Source: Amoebidium appalachense
Taxonomy: Eukaryota > Protista > Ichthyosporea
Reading direction: 5' to 3'
Assembly (NCBI GenBank): GCA_963693365.1
Contig: CAVNZM010000016.1
Location: 832,595 to 896,594 of the forward strand
DNA: 64,000 nt
Positions 26,326 to 39,625 of the stretch are shown in pieces; the stretch's first letter is position 1, and every line of letters begins with the position of its first letter. The position numbers and the translations under genes were made by a program. The notes beneath the pieces were generated by a model. It did not search any database and had not been told where the DNA came from. It worked only from the letters and a program-made list of their open reading frames with translations.

Positions 26326-26744
26326 CACTGGGTGCGCTCGCTGGGGATTAGTTTTTTGGCACGCTGTTGACTTTATCGTGTGTTTATTATTTGCTATTTA
26401 TTGGCCAGCGGCCAACATTTAAAAATATACTATATACCTAAAAATAGATACTGACTACGGCCAGCAGACATTATACACCTTCCAGGACACATTAACACCA
26501 ATAGTCTAACACACCATACTCTCGATCACAAAGAATTCCTAACAAACAGAGAAAAGTGCAAAGGCTCTGTACTATTACTCAGATTCTAAATTTTAATTCT
26601 TTACAGTAAACTTCGGAATGAAAGCTAGCCCCCCCCCCCCCCCCCCCCCCCCCCCTCCCCCCTAACATGACTGTACGAAGAACAGGTATAACTTGAAGCA
26701 CTACAACACATATGAGATCCGTTACATTGGTGTACATTCCAATA

Positions 26745-28414
26745 TTAGACACTAGTTTGGCTACTCTGACTACTCTGAGATCCTGATTGGCTGCCTGCAG
26801 ACTTGCGGCCACGATTACTTTGCTTTCGATCGTGCCATTGCAGCTGCGTCTCTCCAGCAGGTGGCAACGCCAGGCCCAGCACAGCAGATGCACGAGAAGG
26901 GGGTGGGAACTGCCCACCAGCCGAGGGCTGGCCCACATGGCCCAAGTAAGGATGGGGACCGTGCTGCGGCAGTAGCCCAGGCATGGGGAAGGCAGGGCCG
27001 GGCTGAGGCGGCATGATGCCCCACGGTGGGGGCCAGCCATGTGGGTGGTGCGGGCCTGGATGGGGTGCAGGGGGCATGTGCGGCACATGGCCCTGCTGCA
27101 TGTCAAGCGCGGGTGCTGGTGGCATGGCATCCTGATTGGCTGCAACCCAACGTGGGCAGCTCTTGGCCCGATTGGAGCCGGGGCAGCCCTTGCCCTGGCG
27201 GCCACACGTCTTGCAGGTCTTGGGGGCTCTCTGGGGTGGCTGCATAGGAGGGGGCACCGGCAAATCCATCTGCAGGGGCCCCTCAGGGCCAATGTTGCGA
27301 TGCTTTTTGCCCACTAGCATGGGCAAGGGCCGCTCACGCTGCGCCCCTGCATCGACACCGTCTGGAACAGGGAGGGGTGGCAAGGGGGCAGGCCGTATGG
27401 TTGCTGGCACAGCGTCTGCCCTCTCCTCGCGCATACGCTTGCGGTGATCTGCCAGGCCCTCGTGTGTGGAGCGCTGTGCATGTGCCGTCTGCCAGGTCTT
27501 CCACTTGTCGAAATGCTTCTTGATGTAGGCCGCATCCTTCATGTAGATTCCCCCAGCCACAGAGGCAGCCTTGTTGAAGTCTTGGGCCAAAGCCTCGAAC
27601 AGCTGGCCGTTGGGCTTTGCATGTGCCTTGTAGGTGCCCAGGAGCAGCGTGCTGAATAGCTTGCGCTCCTGAGGGGTAAGCACCGGAAGGAAGGGGATGG
27701 CCACATGTTGCTTCTGCGCCAGGAACTTGTAGTCGCCCCTCAGTGCAGGGTCCGGCTGTGGTGCACCACGCGCCACCTGGTTGCCCCCCCCCATGGCAGC
27801 ACCGTCACCCTCCTCGACCTCACAGTCCTCTGGCCCGCCCATCACGCCATTGGCTGCAGGCTCGATGTTTATCAGACGGAGGTGGGGGTGCGGGCACCGC
27901 AACTGGCTCCTGCGCCGGGGCATTGGCCACACAGGAGAGCGGGGCAAAGTTGAAGTACTCCTCCGGTAGCTTGTAGCAGCCTACGGGTACCCACTGGGGG
28001 TCGAGGTGATGGCCGTACAGCATCAGCGCCAGTGCCTCCATGTCGTCAACAATCCAGGGGCTGTAGTGGGGGGGCCCCGATGCCTGGCCCAGGCGGTTGC
28101 GGTAGTGTGCACGCAGGTTGTGGCGGTGGCGCCTATTGGACATGGTGGCGTCCAGCAGGCGCAGCGACATGCGTGTGGCCCCAAAGTGGGTGGCCAGGGG
28201 GTTGTGCACTGCCCCCTCCACCTCGTTGGTGCCCCGGATGCAGCGGTAGCGCATGAGCCCATCTGCGTCGGCAGTGGTCTCGTAGTAGAGGGGCAGGCCG
28301 GGGGGGTCCGACAGACAGCCATTTTGGGCGTGTTCGAGCAGCGACTGTGGGGGCACAAGCAAACATCAGAGAGATGGGTGGGTGGTGGTGGTGGTAGTGT
28401 GTGTGTATGTGTGT

Positions 28415-28462
<48 letters not shown>

Positions 28463-28534
28463 TGGGGTTGCTAAGGAAAAAAACGAGCAGGGAAAGGCAA
28501 AAAACAACTGGCTAGGCAGCAAGGGCCGTGCGGG

Positions 28535-28610
<76 letters not shown>

Positions 28611-29195
28611 ATGTTTGGGGGGGAGGGGGGGGGGGGGGGGGGGAGGCTAGGGTGTGCGTGTGTGTGCAGATGAACCAAGGATGACAAATAAGCGAAGAAT
28701 CTTTTCTGTGGTGGTGGAGTTGTTGGGCGCCTGCAGGGGGAGGGGGGGGGGGGGGGATGTTGCCTCGAGTCTTTCAAAGCCATCCTTCTTGAACAGAGGC
28801 TTGCCATCCGGTCCGGGCGGCACATCCTTGTAGGTGTTTTTGAACTCCACCAGCCGCGAGACCAGCGTGTATGGGTCGGGAATAACCCGCCGGATGCGCT
28901 CCATGAAGTAGCTCAGGTCGCCGCCCTTGAGCTCGGTTTCAATGTCGATGCCCTTCTGCTCCAGCACCCCCTGTGAGGCAGGATGCCAATATTAATTTAC
29001 TACGCACACTGCAATTTGGGTTTGGTAGACTTTGATACCTGCCGTTATTGTAGGACCCCTCCCCTCCACCCCCCCCATCTTCTCCCCCAACACAAGTAAA
29101 AAATGCATGTGGCTATTTCCCCCCACAACCCTACATTATTTCTCTCTAGGCATATGAATAACCCCCCACTCTCCCCCCTCCCCCCCCCCCCCCCC

Positions 29196-29237
<42 letters not shown>

Positions 29238-30280
29238 TTGCCCCCCCCTCTCTCTGAGGCTCAGGCTCTCTCTCTTCCCTCAGAAGTTTTGTCGAAGGTG
29301 TGCATGGTTGTGGGTGGAATGGTGAGTGTGTGCTAACGAGTGTATGTGTGTGTGCGCGTCAGTCACGCATGTTGTTGTTGCCGTTTTTTTTATTTTTATT
29401 TTTTATTTTTTATTTTGGGGGGGGGGGGGAGGGGGGGGGCACCTTCACATGTCCGTAATCCTCTTCATTCCACACAAATATTGCCTCGCTGAGTGCGCGT
29501 GCGTACTCAGCCCTGCGGGGGTGTGACTTGTACGTGCCGTCCGCCGTGTTTGCAATGGAGTGGAAGGCGTCATTCAGCACAGTCTGCCACACCACCTCCC
29601 CAGGCGGTGCCTGGCCCAACATGCCCTCTCTGGGAGCTGCCTCGGGTCCCCCTGGGGCTGCCTCAAGGCCCCCCGGGGCTGCCTGGGGGTCCTGGGGGGG
29701 TGCCTGTGGGCCGGCAAGGGGTTGCTGCTGCTCGGCAGGGGGAGGACTGGCAGGGGGAGGGGCTGGGTCAGGGACCACCGGCACCTCGGCACCTGGGTCC
29801 GGTGGGGGCTGAATGGGCCGTAGCCACTGCAGGTGCACCATCAGCTCAAAGGGCGGCGGGCCCAGCTCTCCCAGGGTCTTGCCCTTGTCGGGGCCAAAGG
29901 GCACCTGCATGGCCGGCGACAGCACCTGATCCACCCGCACCACTGCATGCTTCTTGCCCACCTTCATGCCCCCCCAGCGCTCCGGCTGCACAGCCAGCAC
30001 CACCCCGGTGGCTGCTGCAGCATGTGGGCCCCGCCGGGGCACAATCTCAACCCCTTCACCGAGTGCCTTTGCATGAAGCCGCGCTGCATGTCATAGAGGG
30101 AAGCAAAAAACTCAGCCAAAAAGCCACAGCACCAACGTTTTTCTCTTCGCTCCACAAAAATCAAATGCATATTCCTTAGCAACCCCCTTCCCCCCCCCCC
30201 CCCCCCCCTTCTCCCTCCCCCCCCCCCCCTCTCCCAGTGCCCAGCTTGTGTGGCACTTGCACGTGTTAACAGTGCTATAG

Positions 30281-30315
<35 letters not shown>

Positions 30316-30406
30316 ACCACCACCACCACCACCAATCACCCCCTCCTTTGATAGCCACCCGACACCCAGCATAACACAACTGGAACACTGGCCCATGTGG
30401 TCAGCC

Positions 30407-30440
<34 letters not shown>

Positions 30441-31934
30441 CTCCCCCTCCCCTCTCCTCTGGGGGGCCCACAATCTTTCTATATCTGGCATAAGCACATA
30501 AGCACTGGGGCAAAAAGCAGGTGGGATACACACCTGACAGGTTTGGCCTATCGACCACGGCCGAGTAGACCTGCAGGGACGCATATGCATCAAGGGCAGC
30601 GTAGGTGGCCTGCACCTCTGATAGCGGCTCGTGCCAGTTGGAGCATCGAACAAGTGCCGGCTTGGGCAGCTTCTTGCCTATGACCTGGGCAGTGATGTCG
30701 GCCAAGCCCCGGGCCGCAGAGGTGATAGCTGCACGGGCATAGCAGAACCGGCCCAGCTCCAGATAGCTGGCCACAGGGGTGCCGTAGTCCTTGTTGAGGT
30801 GGGCCGAGTCCGTGCCGATCTGCTTGCCCACCTTGATGATGCTGGGGTCCCTAAGCAGCGCAATCAGCTCGTCCACCAGCCGCGCGGGCGGGCTGTGGTT
30901 GGGGCCCATGCGTGCCAAGTGGAAGATGTACACGGCCCGTGCGGTGGCAATCTGCAGCGTGCAAACCTTGGACCGCGCCTGGCCCACCCGATAGACCCAC
31001 TCGCAGTCCAGCCCCACCACGCGGTGCTGCTGCCCCTCCAGGTCGGCACGAATGGCCGCTGTAGCCACCACCGCCCCCTGGCAGTCGGTGTACACCGGCT
31101 TAGGGTAGTTGGCCGGCAGCTCCAGCCCAGGCAGACCGTCCGTCACGCTTACCAGCGCAGCCTCGTTCAGACGGACGGGGCATTTTGGCCGGGCTAGGGT
31201 TGGAAACATGCGCTCAACAAACGCCCGGTCTTGGCAGCACCGATCTGTGTAGAAGAAGGCCGGGCCCTTGCTGTTGAGCGCCGCCGTGGTGGCAGAGATG
31301 CGCTGGATCACGGGCTCAATCTCCTGGTGGCTGCAGTCCCGTGTAAATACCTGCGCCCGGATCTCTGGGGTGCCGCACTGTGTGAGAGGGCATCTCCGAG
31401 CAGCCATGCATGTTCTAGCTTCCCTTACCACATGGCCCTTCACGAGACTTCAGTGCCCACACAATCCTTTCCCCCTCCCTCCCCCCAAACCCATGTGCCC
31501 ACATACTTTCCCCTCCCTCTCCCCCAAAACCCTTCCCCCTCCTTCCCCCCAAACCCATGTGCCCACATACTTTCCCCAGGCCTCCCTTTCCCCCAAAATC
31601 TTCCCCCCCCCCTCCCCCCTAAACCCATGTACCTACAATCCTTCCCCCTTCCTCCCCCTAAACCCTTGTGATCACAATCCTTTCCCCCTCTCTGCCTTCC
31701 CCCCAAACCCATGTGCCCACGATCCTTCCCCACTCCCCCTCCCCCCAAACCATGGGACAGCCCTCCATATGGCACCTACTGTCCCCCCCCCCCCCCCCCC
31801 CCCACCCCACCCCGGGCCTCTTGCCCTCTCTACCTTCAACCCCGACGGTGGTGTCTCTCCCCCCCCCCCCCCCCCCCCCCCCCTGCATCCCTTGCAATCA
31901 CTGGCCCCTACTCCCATTCTGCTTGGCAGAAGCT

Positions 31935-31994
<60 letters not shown>

Positions 31995-32222
31995 ATTCCC
32001 CGCCAAAAGAAAGCTCCACCCCAGCCCACCCCAATCTCTACCCAGCAAAAACACATACACACATATCTGGAGCTTCCTAGTTTTTGCTCGACAGGGCAAG
32101 AATTGTCCCCAAAACCCACATACTACAAACCTCTACTCACAGTGTGCCACCTCATTAAATGTGGAGCCTAAGAGATTTAAAGGCCCTAGAGGGGGGAGGG
32201 GGGAGGGGGGGGAGGGGGGCGT

Positions 32223-32269
<47 letters not shown>

Positions 32270-32915
32270 GTGTGGGGGGGGGGGGAGGGGGGAAGGGGGC
32301 CTGGGGGGAGAGTGGGGGGAGGGGGGGGAGAAGAGGAGGGACCACACACCGCCAAGCTCGTTTACACAAGTCCATAGGCCTCGGTACAGAGGCTCCCCAT
32401 TGATGCCGGTGAGCTTCCCAATTTGGAAGGTGTGGTCGGCCTTGAGCACGTTGTTTACGGGCTTGAGCTGCGTGTCCAGGCTCTGGTACTTTGCCGTGCG
32501 GTCGCTGAACTCAGTATACACGGCACTCAGGTATTTGCCTGAACCCCAAGTACTGTTAGAACTCCACCACCCTCCCATCAGGACCATCCCCCCCATTCCC
32601 TCTAGTCCCTCGTGTTCATCTCACCTCTCTGTATTTTCGTAAGTCTGTATGGCTTTTCCCATCTCAAAAACGCTACACACCCATCTCCGGCCGTTTGCCC
32701 CCCCCCCCCCCCCCCTCCCTCCCCCCCCCCCCCCCTCCCCCCGCCTCCCGGCGCGCGCAAACCCTCCAAGTCATTGCACCAACTTTCACCTTCTTTCCCC
32801 TTTGTGCCCCATCTGCAGTTTGTCCCCTGCACGTCCGTTTGCCCTTCCCCCCACACCCTCCTGCCACTACTATAATAACCATTAAGTACCGCCACCAAGA
32901 TCCAGTCTACCACCA

Positions 32916-32960
<45 letters not shown>

Positions 32961-33103
32961 CTCTCCACCTCCTTTCCCCCAACACACACAGACACACATG
33001 CGCACACCCACCATCTAATTTCAGGCATAACAGTTCTCCACGATTTCCCAAGCACACTCACTGGTACATGGACCGTTATGCTTTCACCCCTCTGATGATC
33101 CCT

Positions 33104-33144
<41 letters not shown>

Positions 33145-33229
33145 ACCACCACCACCACCACCACCATGACTGATTGCCACCACCACCACCTAATCCATCA
33201 CCATGTCCCCCCTCCCCCCCCCCCTCCCC

Positions 33230-33260
<31 letters not shown>

Positions 33261-34653
33261 ACACGGACCCACAAGTACACGCACACTCACAGGCGCACAT
33301 CCACCACCACACATCCACCACCACCATAATAGAAACTTATTGACCACACTTCCAAAACCCATTTCCAAGTCCCCCCCCCCCCCTAAAAAAAAAATAAAAA
33401 ATAATAAAACAAAACCCTACCAAGCCAACCCAAAAAATGCCCAAGCACGTGCATACAAAACAATGGGGACCATTTACACACCCAAAATGCAGTGCACACT
33501 TGCCTGAAGGCACATGTCCAGCGTAACCATTTTTGTCACCAAACGCCGAGAACTTAGCCGCCTGCTCCTCTGGGGGAAGTTCTGTCAGGCGCTGGTCGTG
33601 GGGGCGGAAATCGTTACGCTTTTTGAGTTCATACTTGGTCCAATGCAGCGCCCTCGAGTAATACAGGAGCCGCTGCTCGTCGTATCGCTGCTTGTGGAGC
33701 TCCGAGAGGAGGGTGGCAAAGGCGTTTGGGCCCACACCTTTGTCTGCCAGTGCACGCAACAATGTTACCACCTTTAGGTCGAGCCCACTGCGGTGGCTAA
33801 GGTAGGCCGGAAACTGATCACGCATGAAGAGTGGAAGGCGTTTAATTGTCTGGGGGTTTGTGCCGGCAAAGTTTTTTTTGCATGTGTCACAAAAGTACCG
33901 GGCCGTGATAATGTAGTAGCAGCTGTCAAAGTCGATAACACGCCGTCCTACGGGGTTGCTCATGAACCCATTGCGAGAAGTACGGTGTGGGTTGGGGTGG
34001 TTGTGGGGGTCCACGTAGTGATCATCGAAGGGGCACGGCACCATGAAACCGGGAGACAACCTTTCCGGAAGCCAGGCAAAACATCTGGGTTTGTAGAAAG
34101 GCGCTGGATCGCCCCCAAATTTAAAGCCTATAATGGGAGGTGGAAGATGCCACCCCACAGGCGTCTTCTCATCTTTGAGACTCTCTTTCACTGTGTGCAG
34201 GTGCGACTTGATTGTTTCGCCCGCCGCGTCAGAAAACTCCTCTCCACCGTCATCCCCGTCCGTATTATCTTCTCCCTCTTCCTCCCCTTCATCCTCGTCT
34301 ACCCGGTACGCATCTGCTGCTGCATTTAGCAAAGGTTCCTCGTCGGGTTGCACCTGTATGTCTGGTGGGTGTGGAGCAGGGGCCCGATCCATTTCTCTTG
34401 GTAACGAATGGACGCTACCTGCCTCAACTACACGGGCCCTTATGTCGGCGGCCTTAGATAGAGGGGGCTGTTCGGGTTGTACGTTTACGTTTAGTTCCTG
34501 CAAAACAGCTTTGTTTGCCGTCCCAAAACCTGCAAAGTTCGCTAAAGGCTGAACAAATGCAGCATCTTTTTTTTTGCGCCCAGCTCCCTCCCTAGCTCCG
34601 CCTGTTTTATGCCCAGGGCGCTGTGTTGTGCCCTTAGGGCAGCCTGGCTTCAT
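26745..34653 (-). CDS. Putative transposase-exonuclease fusion, ~1500 aa, copy A. Inferred exons: 34653-33504, 32538-32350, 31364-30534, 30083-29443, 28970-28764, 28344-~27900, ~27860-26745
   Basis: Spliced product in order: GGAREGAGRKKK; a DUF6729-like block (RRVIDFDSCYYIITARYFCDTCKK...FPAYLSHRSGLD...ELHKQRY); LKADHTF (D1); NELGEI; FYTDRCCQDR (D2); DEDDy exonuclease (VGLDCEW, GKQIGTD, YAALDAY); LNDAFH (DxxH); GCLSDP; RCIRGTNEVEGAVH (E); C-terminal CKTC..C..C motif. The family name is from memory, not from a search. Confidence 0.8.
31455..31755. repeat. Degenerate ~30-35-bp minisatellite in transposase intron 2 (also at ~42477-42777 in copy B)
   Basis: Repeated cccccaaacccatgtgcccaca(a/t)...ttcccc units. 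Confidence 0.7.
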
Positions 34654-34980
34654 TTTAAACACTTGGGGCCTGGCCCCCTGCCCCCCTAGTGCGACTACGT
34701 TACCGCAAACATTCCCGTATTCCAGTGTGCTCGGCAATGCTGCTCATGGCCTTCCCGGACTGGTTGTGACCAGTAAAGAGCGCGCCAATTCCTGACCGCC
34801 GCCTACAGCAGTGTATGATCTGTTATCCATATTCGGCAAAAGGGGTCTTGCCCAACCAATGGCTTGAATCCTTGTAACTTTGCTTTATCCATATAAGGTT
34901 AGCTGAACACCCCCCCTCCAATCATACCCCCCCCTTCTCTCTAGTAGTAGCTCCTGGCATGCCGCACCCCCCTCGGAGCC

Positions 34981-35857
34981 GGCCCGGGTACCATATCAGG
35001 AGCGGGCAATTTTTGAATTCTCCCTCCCCGGCCCCGCCGGGGAAAATTTGAGGTTTTTGGACCTCAAAGAAGTCAAATCCTGCAAAATCCACTACCGGGA
35101 GGCCAAAAAGGGTGATTTTACAAAAAAGGAGGGACATACATGAAAAAGAGAAAATGGGCGAGTTCAGTGGGCTGCCGATAAGTATATTTCGTGCTGGGCC
35201 GGTATACATGCTGCCGTGGTTGTTGCTGTAGACGGCAGTATGGCATCGCATGTGTCACGTGACCTGCACGTGAATGCGACCATGTGCAGGCACTGAGTCT
35301 AGGGGGATTTGTATGTGTGTTTTGGAGCACCGACAAGGCAGAGCCAGGGTGAGGGATGTGTAAACATGGAGTTTAGGGAGATCGTGCTGCTATTGTAACA
35401 TGTGCACAAAACAGCCACGTGCACCGGCACACTCCGGTGTACAGAACAATAATATGCACATGCGTCACTGTAATATCATGTATGCGCATGCCGCACAAGG
35501 TTTAGGAGACCACCACAGTATATACTATTTTCTTTTGGTTGATATCCATGTAGGAATGGTGTGTTGCAGTTGTCATGATCAGCCTGAGGCAGGCACGTGC
35601 ACTCACTGAATCACTAGAACTCATGAATAAAAAATACATTCGCTAAAAACGGCAAGGTAAATTTGGGGCCAAGCTATTATTTCCCCCTTTTAAACGTTTT
35701 TTTAGCTCCAAGAACTTCGACGCCAAAATTTCTATATTTGGCCATCGTATATGATAATGAACACGTGTACTTAAATTAAAGTAGTTATATAAATATGAGC
35801 GGCCCGTTACAAATACAGTGACGAAAAACAGTGACCCACGAGCAGTTTTTCTTTCTA

Positions 35858-35904
<47 letters not shown>

Positions 35905-37116
35905 ACACACACACCAGACACACACACCACCACCACGGTGACCACCACCACCACCACCACCACCACTCACCCCTTAAAAAAACCACACACATACGTGCAC
36001 GTGTACACACACACACAGAACACCACCACCACCTCCACTGGACCCCATTTCCTCGTTGTTTTCTTAAGCCTTCAGACCAGTCCTGCACACTGGAGTTAAA
36101 CAATTGAATTCACCTAGGCTGACATGCATCCACCCCCGCCTTCCACTTCCCTCCCCCCCCCACCCCCTCCCCCCACCCCCCCCACCCCCACCCCCTCCCC
36201 CTCGATGAAGAAGGGCCCCCGTAAGCCTTGGGGGGGGGGGGGGGAGGGGGGGGGAAGGGGAAGGGGGGAGCTCTTGAGCCTCCGGGTAGGGAAGTGGGGT
36301 CCGGGGATCCGGAGAGGGGAGGGGGGGGGGGGGGGGGGGGAAGGGGGCATATAATATTGGGCCTAGATATCATAGTATGGGGCCCCGGGGGAGGGAGAGG
36401 TGGGGGGGGAGGGGGGAGGATCCACGGGAAAGACCTTTAGGTGCATGTTCTTATTTATACCCCCTTCGAATCATCCCCCCTCCTCCCCCCCCCCTCCCCC
36501 CCCCTGAGTGCAGGCCGTGACGTAGCTACGATAACCCTGCAGAAGGCAACAAAAATGTATTAATTACTAGCACTATACATGTGTTCATAGTGCAGCTTGC
36601 ACCACGTATGATCTCAGCAACTTTAAAGTAGTCACAAAGTTTAGTTATTTTCATTATTTTCATTGCTCTGAACTCTATTACTCTGAAATGATCACCGTGC
36701 ATGTGCCGCAAGATAACAACCCTATATGTGTGCAGCTGCTGCCTGCAGGTTAGACTCGCTGAAAAGACAATTGTCAGTGTGCATCCGACGCTTGCAGCTG
36801 CAGCTAGCCTCTGCAACATTAATACTTGCCAAGTGAATGCTCTTACACTTGATCATCATTCACTCAAAAAACCGAGGACCGACAGATTAAATATTAATGT
36901 CGATCCGAATGATCAGCAAGTGTCTATGCGTACTACTATATATACACACACGTAAAATGCGAAGCTATCAGTTACAAGGCACACCTGCTGCACTGGCACA
37001 CATACACATACACACCGGCAGATCGATGCTGTCAAAATTTACTTTCATGTACTTCGTAGGTCCGACACAGGTGCACATGAACACGTACATATGTACAAGC
37101 CGCGCACACACCACAC

Positions 37117-37162
<46 letters not shown>

Positions 37163-37232
37163 CGCACACACGCACACACGCACACACGCACGCACGCACG
37201 CACACACACACACACACGCACGCACGCGCGCG

Positions 37233-37297
<65 letters not shown>

Positions 37298-37621
37298 CAC
37301 ACACACACACACACACATCACTGGGTGCGCTCGCTGGGGATTAGTTTTTTGGCACGCTGTTGACTTTATCGTGTGTTTATTATTTGCTATTTATTGGCCA
37401 GCGGCCAACATTTAAAAATATACTATATACCTAAAAATAGATACTGACTACGGCCAGCAGACATTATACACCTTCCAGGACACATTAACACCAATAGTCT
37501 AACACACCATACTCTCGATCACAAAGAATTCCTAACAAACAGAGAAAAGTGCAAAGGCTCTGTACTATTACTCAGATTCTAAATTTTAATTCTTTACAGT
37601 AAACTTCGGAATGAAAGCTAG

Positions 37622-37658
<37 letters not shown>

Positions 37659-39414
37659 CCCCTAACATGACTGTACGAAGAACAGGTATAACTTGAAGCA
37701 CTACAACACATATGAGATCCGTTACATTGGTGTACATTCCAATATTAGACACTAGTTTGGCTACTCTGACTACTCTGAGATCCTGATTGGCTGCCTGCAG
37801 ACTTGCGGCCACGATTACTTTGCTTTCGATCGTGCCATTGCAGCTGCGTCTCTCCAGCAGGTGGCAACGCCAGGCCCAGCACAGCAGATGCACGAGAAGG
37901 GGGTGGGAACTGCCCACCAGCCGAGGGCTGGCCCACATGGCCCAAGTAAGGATGGGGACCGTGCTGCGGCAGTAGCCCAGGCATGGGGAAGGCAGGGCCG
38001 GGCTGAGGCGGCATGATGCCCCACGGTGGGGGCCAGCCATGTGGGTGGTGCGGGCCTGGATGGGGTGCAGGGGGCATGTGCGGCACATGGCCCTGCTGCA
38101 TGTCAAGCGCGGGTGCTGGTGGCATGGCATCCTGATTGGCTGCAACCCAACGTGGGCAGCTCTTGGCCCGATTGGAGCCGGGGCAGCCCTTGCCCTGGCG
38201 GCCACACGTCTTGCAGGTCTTGGGGGCTCTCTGGGGTGGCTGCATAGGAGGGGGCACCGGCAAATCCATCTGCAGGGGCCCCTCAGGGCCAATGTTGCGA
38301 TGCTTTTTGCCCACTAGCATGGGCAAGGGCCGCTCACGCTGCGCCCCTGCATCGACACCGTCTGGAACAGGGAGGGGTGGCAAGGGGGCAGGCCGTATGG
38401 TTGCTGGCACAGCGTCTGCCCTCTCCTCGCGCATACGCTTGCGGTGATCTGCCAGGCCCTCGTGTGTGGAGCGCTGTGCATGTGCCGTCTGCCAGGTCTT
38501 CCACTTGTCGAAATGCTTCTTGATGTAGGCCGCATCCTTCATGTAGATTCCCCCAGCCACAGAGGCAGCCTTGTTGAAGTCTTGGGCCAAAGCCTCGAAC
38601 AGCTGGCCGTTGGGCTTTGCATGTGCCTTGTAGGTGCCCAGGAGCAGCGTGCTGAATAGCTTGCGCTCCTGAGGGGTAAGCACCGGAAGGAAGGGGATGG
38701 CCACATGTTGCTTCTGCGCCAGGAACTTGTAGTCGCCCCTCAGTGCAGGGTCCGGCTGTGGTGCACCACGCGCCACCTGGTTGCCCCCCCCCCATGGCAG
38801 CACCGTCACCCTCCTCGACCTCACAGTCCTCTGGCCCGCCCATCACGCCATTGGCTGCAGGCTCGATGTTTATCAGACGGAGGTGGGGGTGCGGGCACCG
38901 CAACTGGCTCCTGCGCCGGGGCATTGGCCACACAGGAGAGCGGGGCAAAGTTGAAGTACTCCTCCGGTAGCTTGTAGCAGCCTACGGGTACCCACTGGGG
39001 GTCGAGGTGATGGCCGTACAGCATCAGCGCCAGTGCCTCCATGTCGTCAACAATCCAGGGGCTGTAGTGGGGGGGCCCCGATGCCTGGCCCAGGCGGTTG
39101 CGGTAGTGTGCACGCAGGTTGTGGCGGTGGCGCCTATTGGACATGGTGGCGTCCAGCAGGCGCAGCGACATGCGTGTGGCCCCAAAGTGGGTGGCCAGGG
39201 GGTTGTGCACTGCCCCCTCCACCTCGTTGGTGCCCCGGATGCAGCGGTAGCGCATGAGCCCATCTGCGTCGGCAGTGGTCTCGTAGTAGAGGGGCAGGCC
39301 GGGGGGGGTCCGACAGACAGCCATTTTGGGCGTGTTCGAGCAGCGACTGTGGGGGCACAAGCAAACATCAGAGAGATGGGTGGGTGGTGGTGGTGGTAGT
39401 GTGTGTGTATGTGT

Positions 39415-39482
<68 letters not shown>

Positions 39483-39555
39483 TGGGGTTGCTAAGGAAAA
39501 AAACGAGCAGGGAAAGGCAAAAAACAACTGGCTAGGCAGCAAGGGCCGTGCGGGC

Positions 39556-39625
<70 letters not shown>

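Larger units (their letters stand above)
23985..34972 (-). mobile_element. ~11-kb DNA transposon, copy A (DUF6729-like / DxxH-type DDE transposase with embedded 3'-5' exonuclease)
   Basis: Encodes a large spliced transposase-like gene. Ends GGCCCGGGTACCATATCAGGAGC and GCTCCTGGCATGCCGCACCCCCC are imperfect inverted repeats (14/23, in register). Preceded by GGAGCCTG at 23977-23984. Confidence 0.75.
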
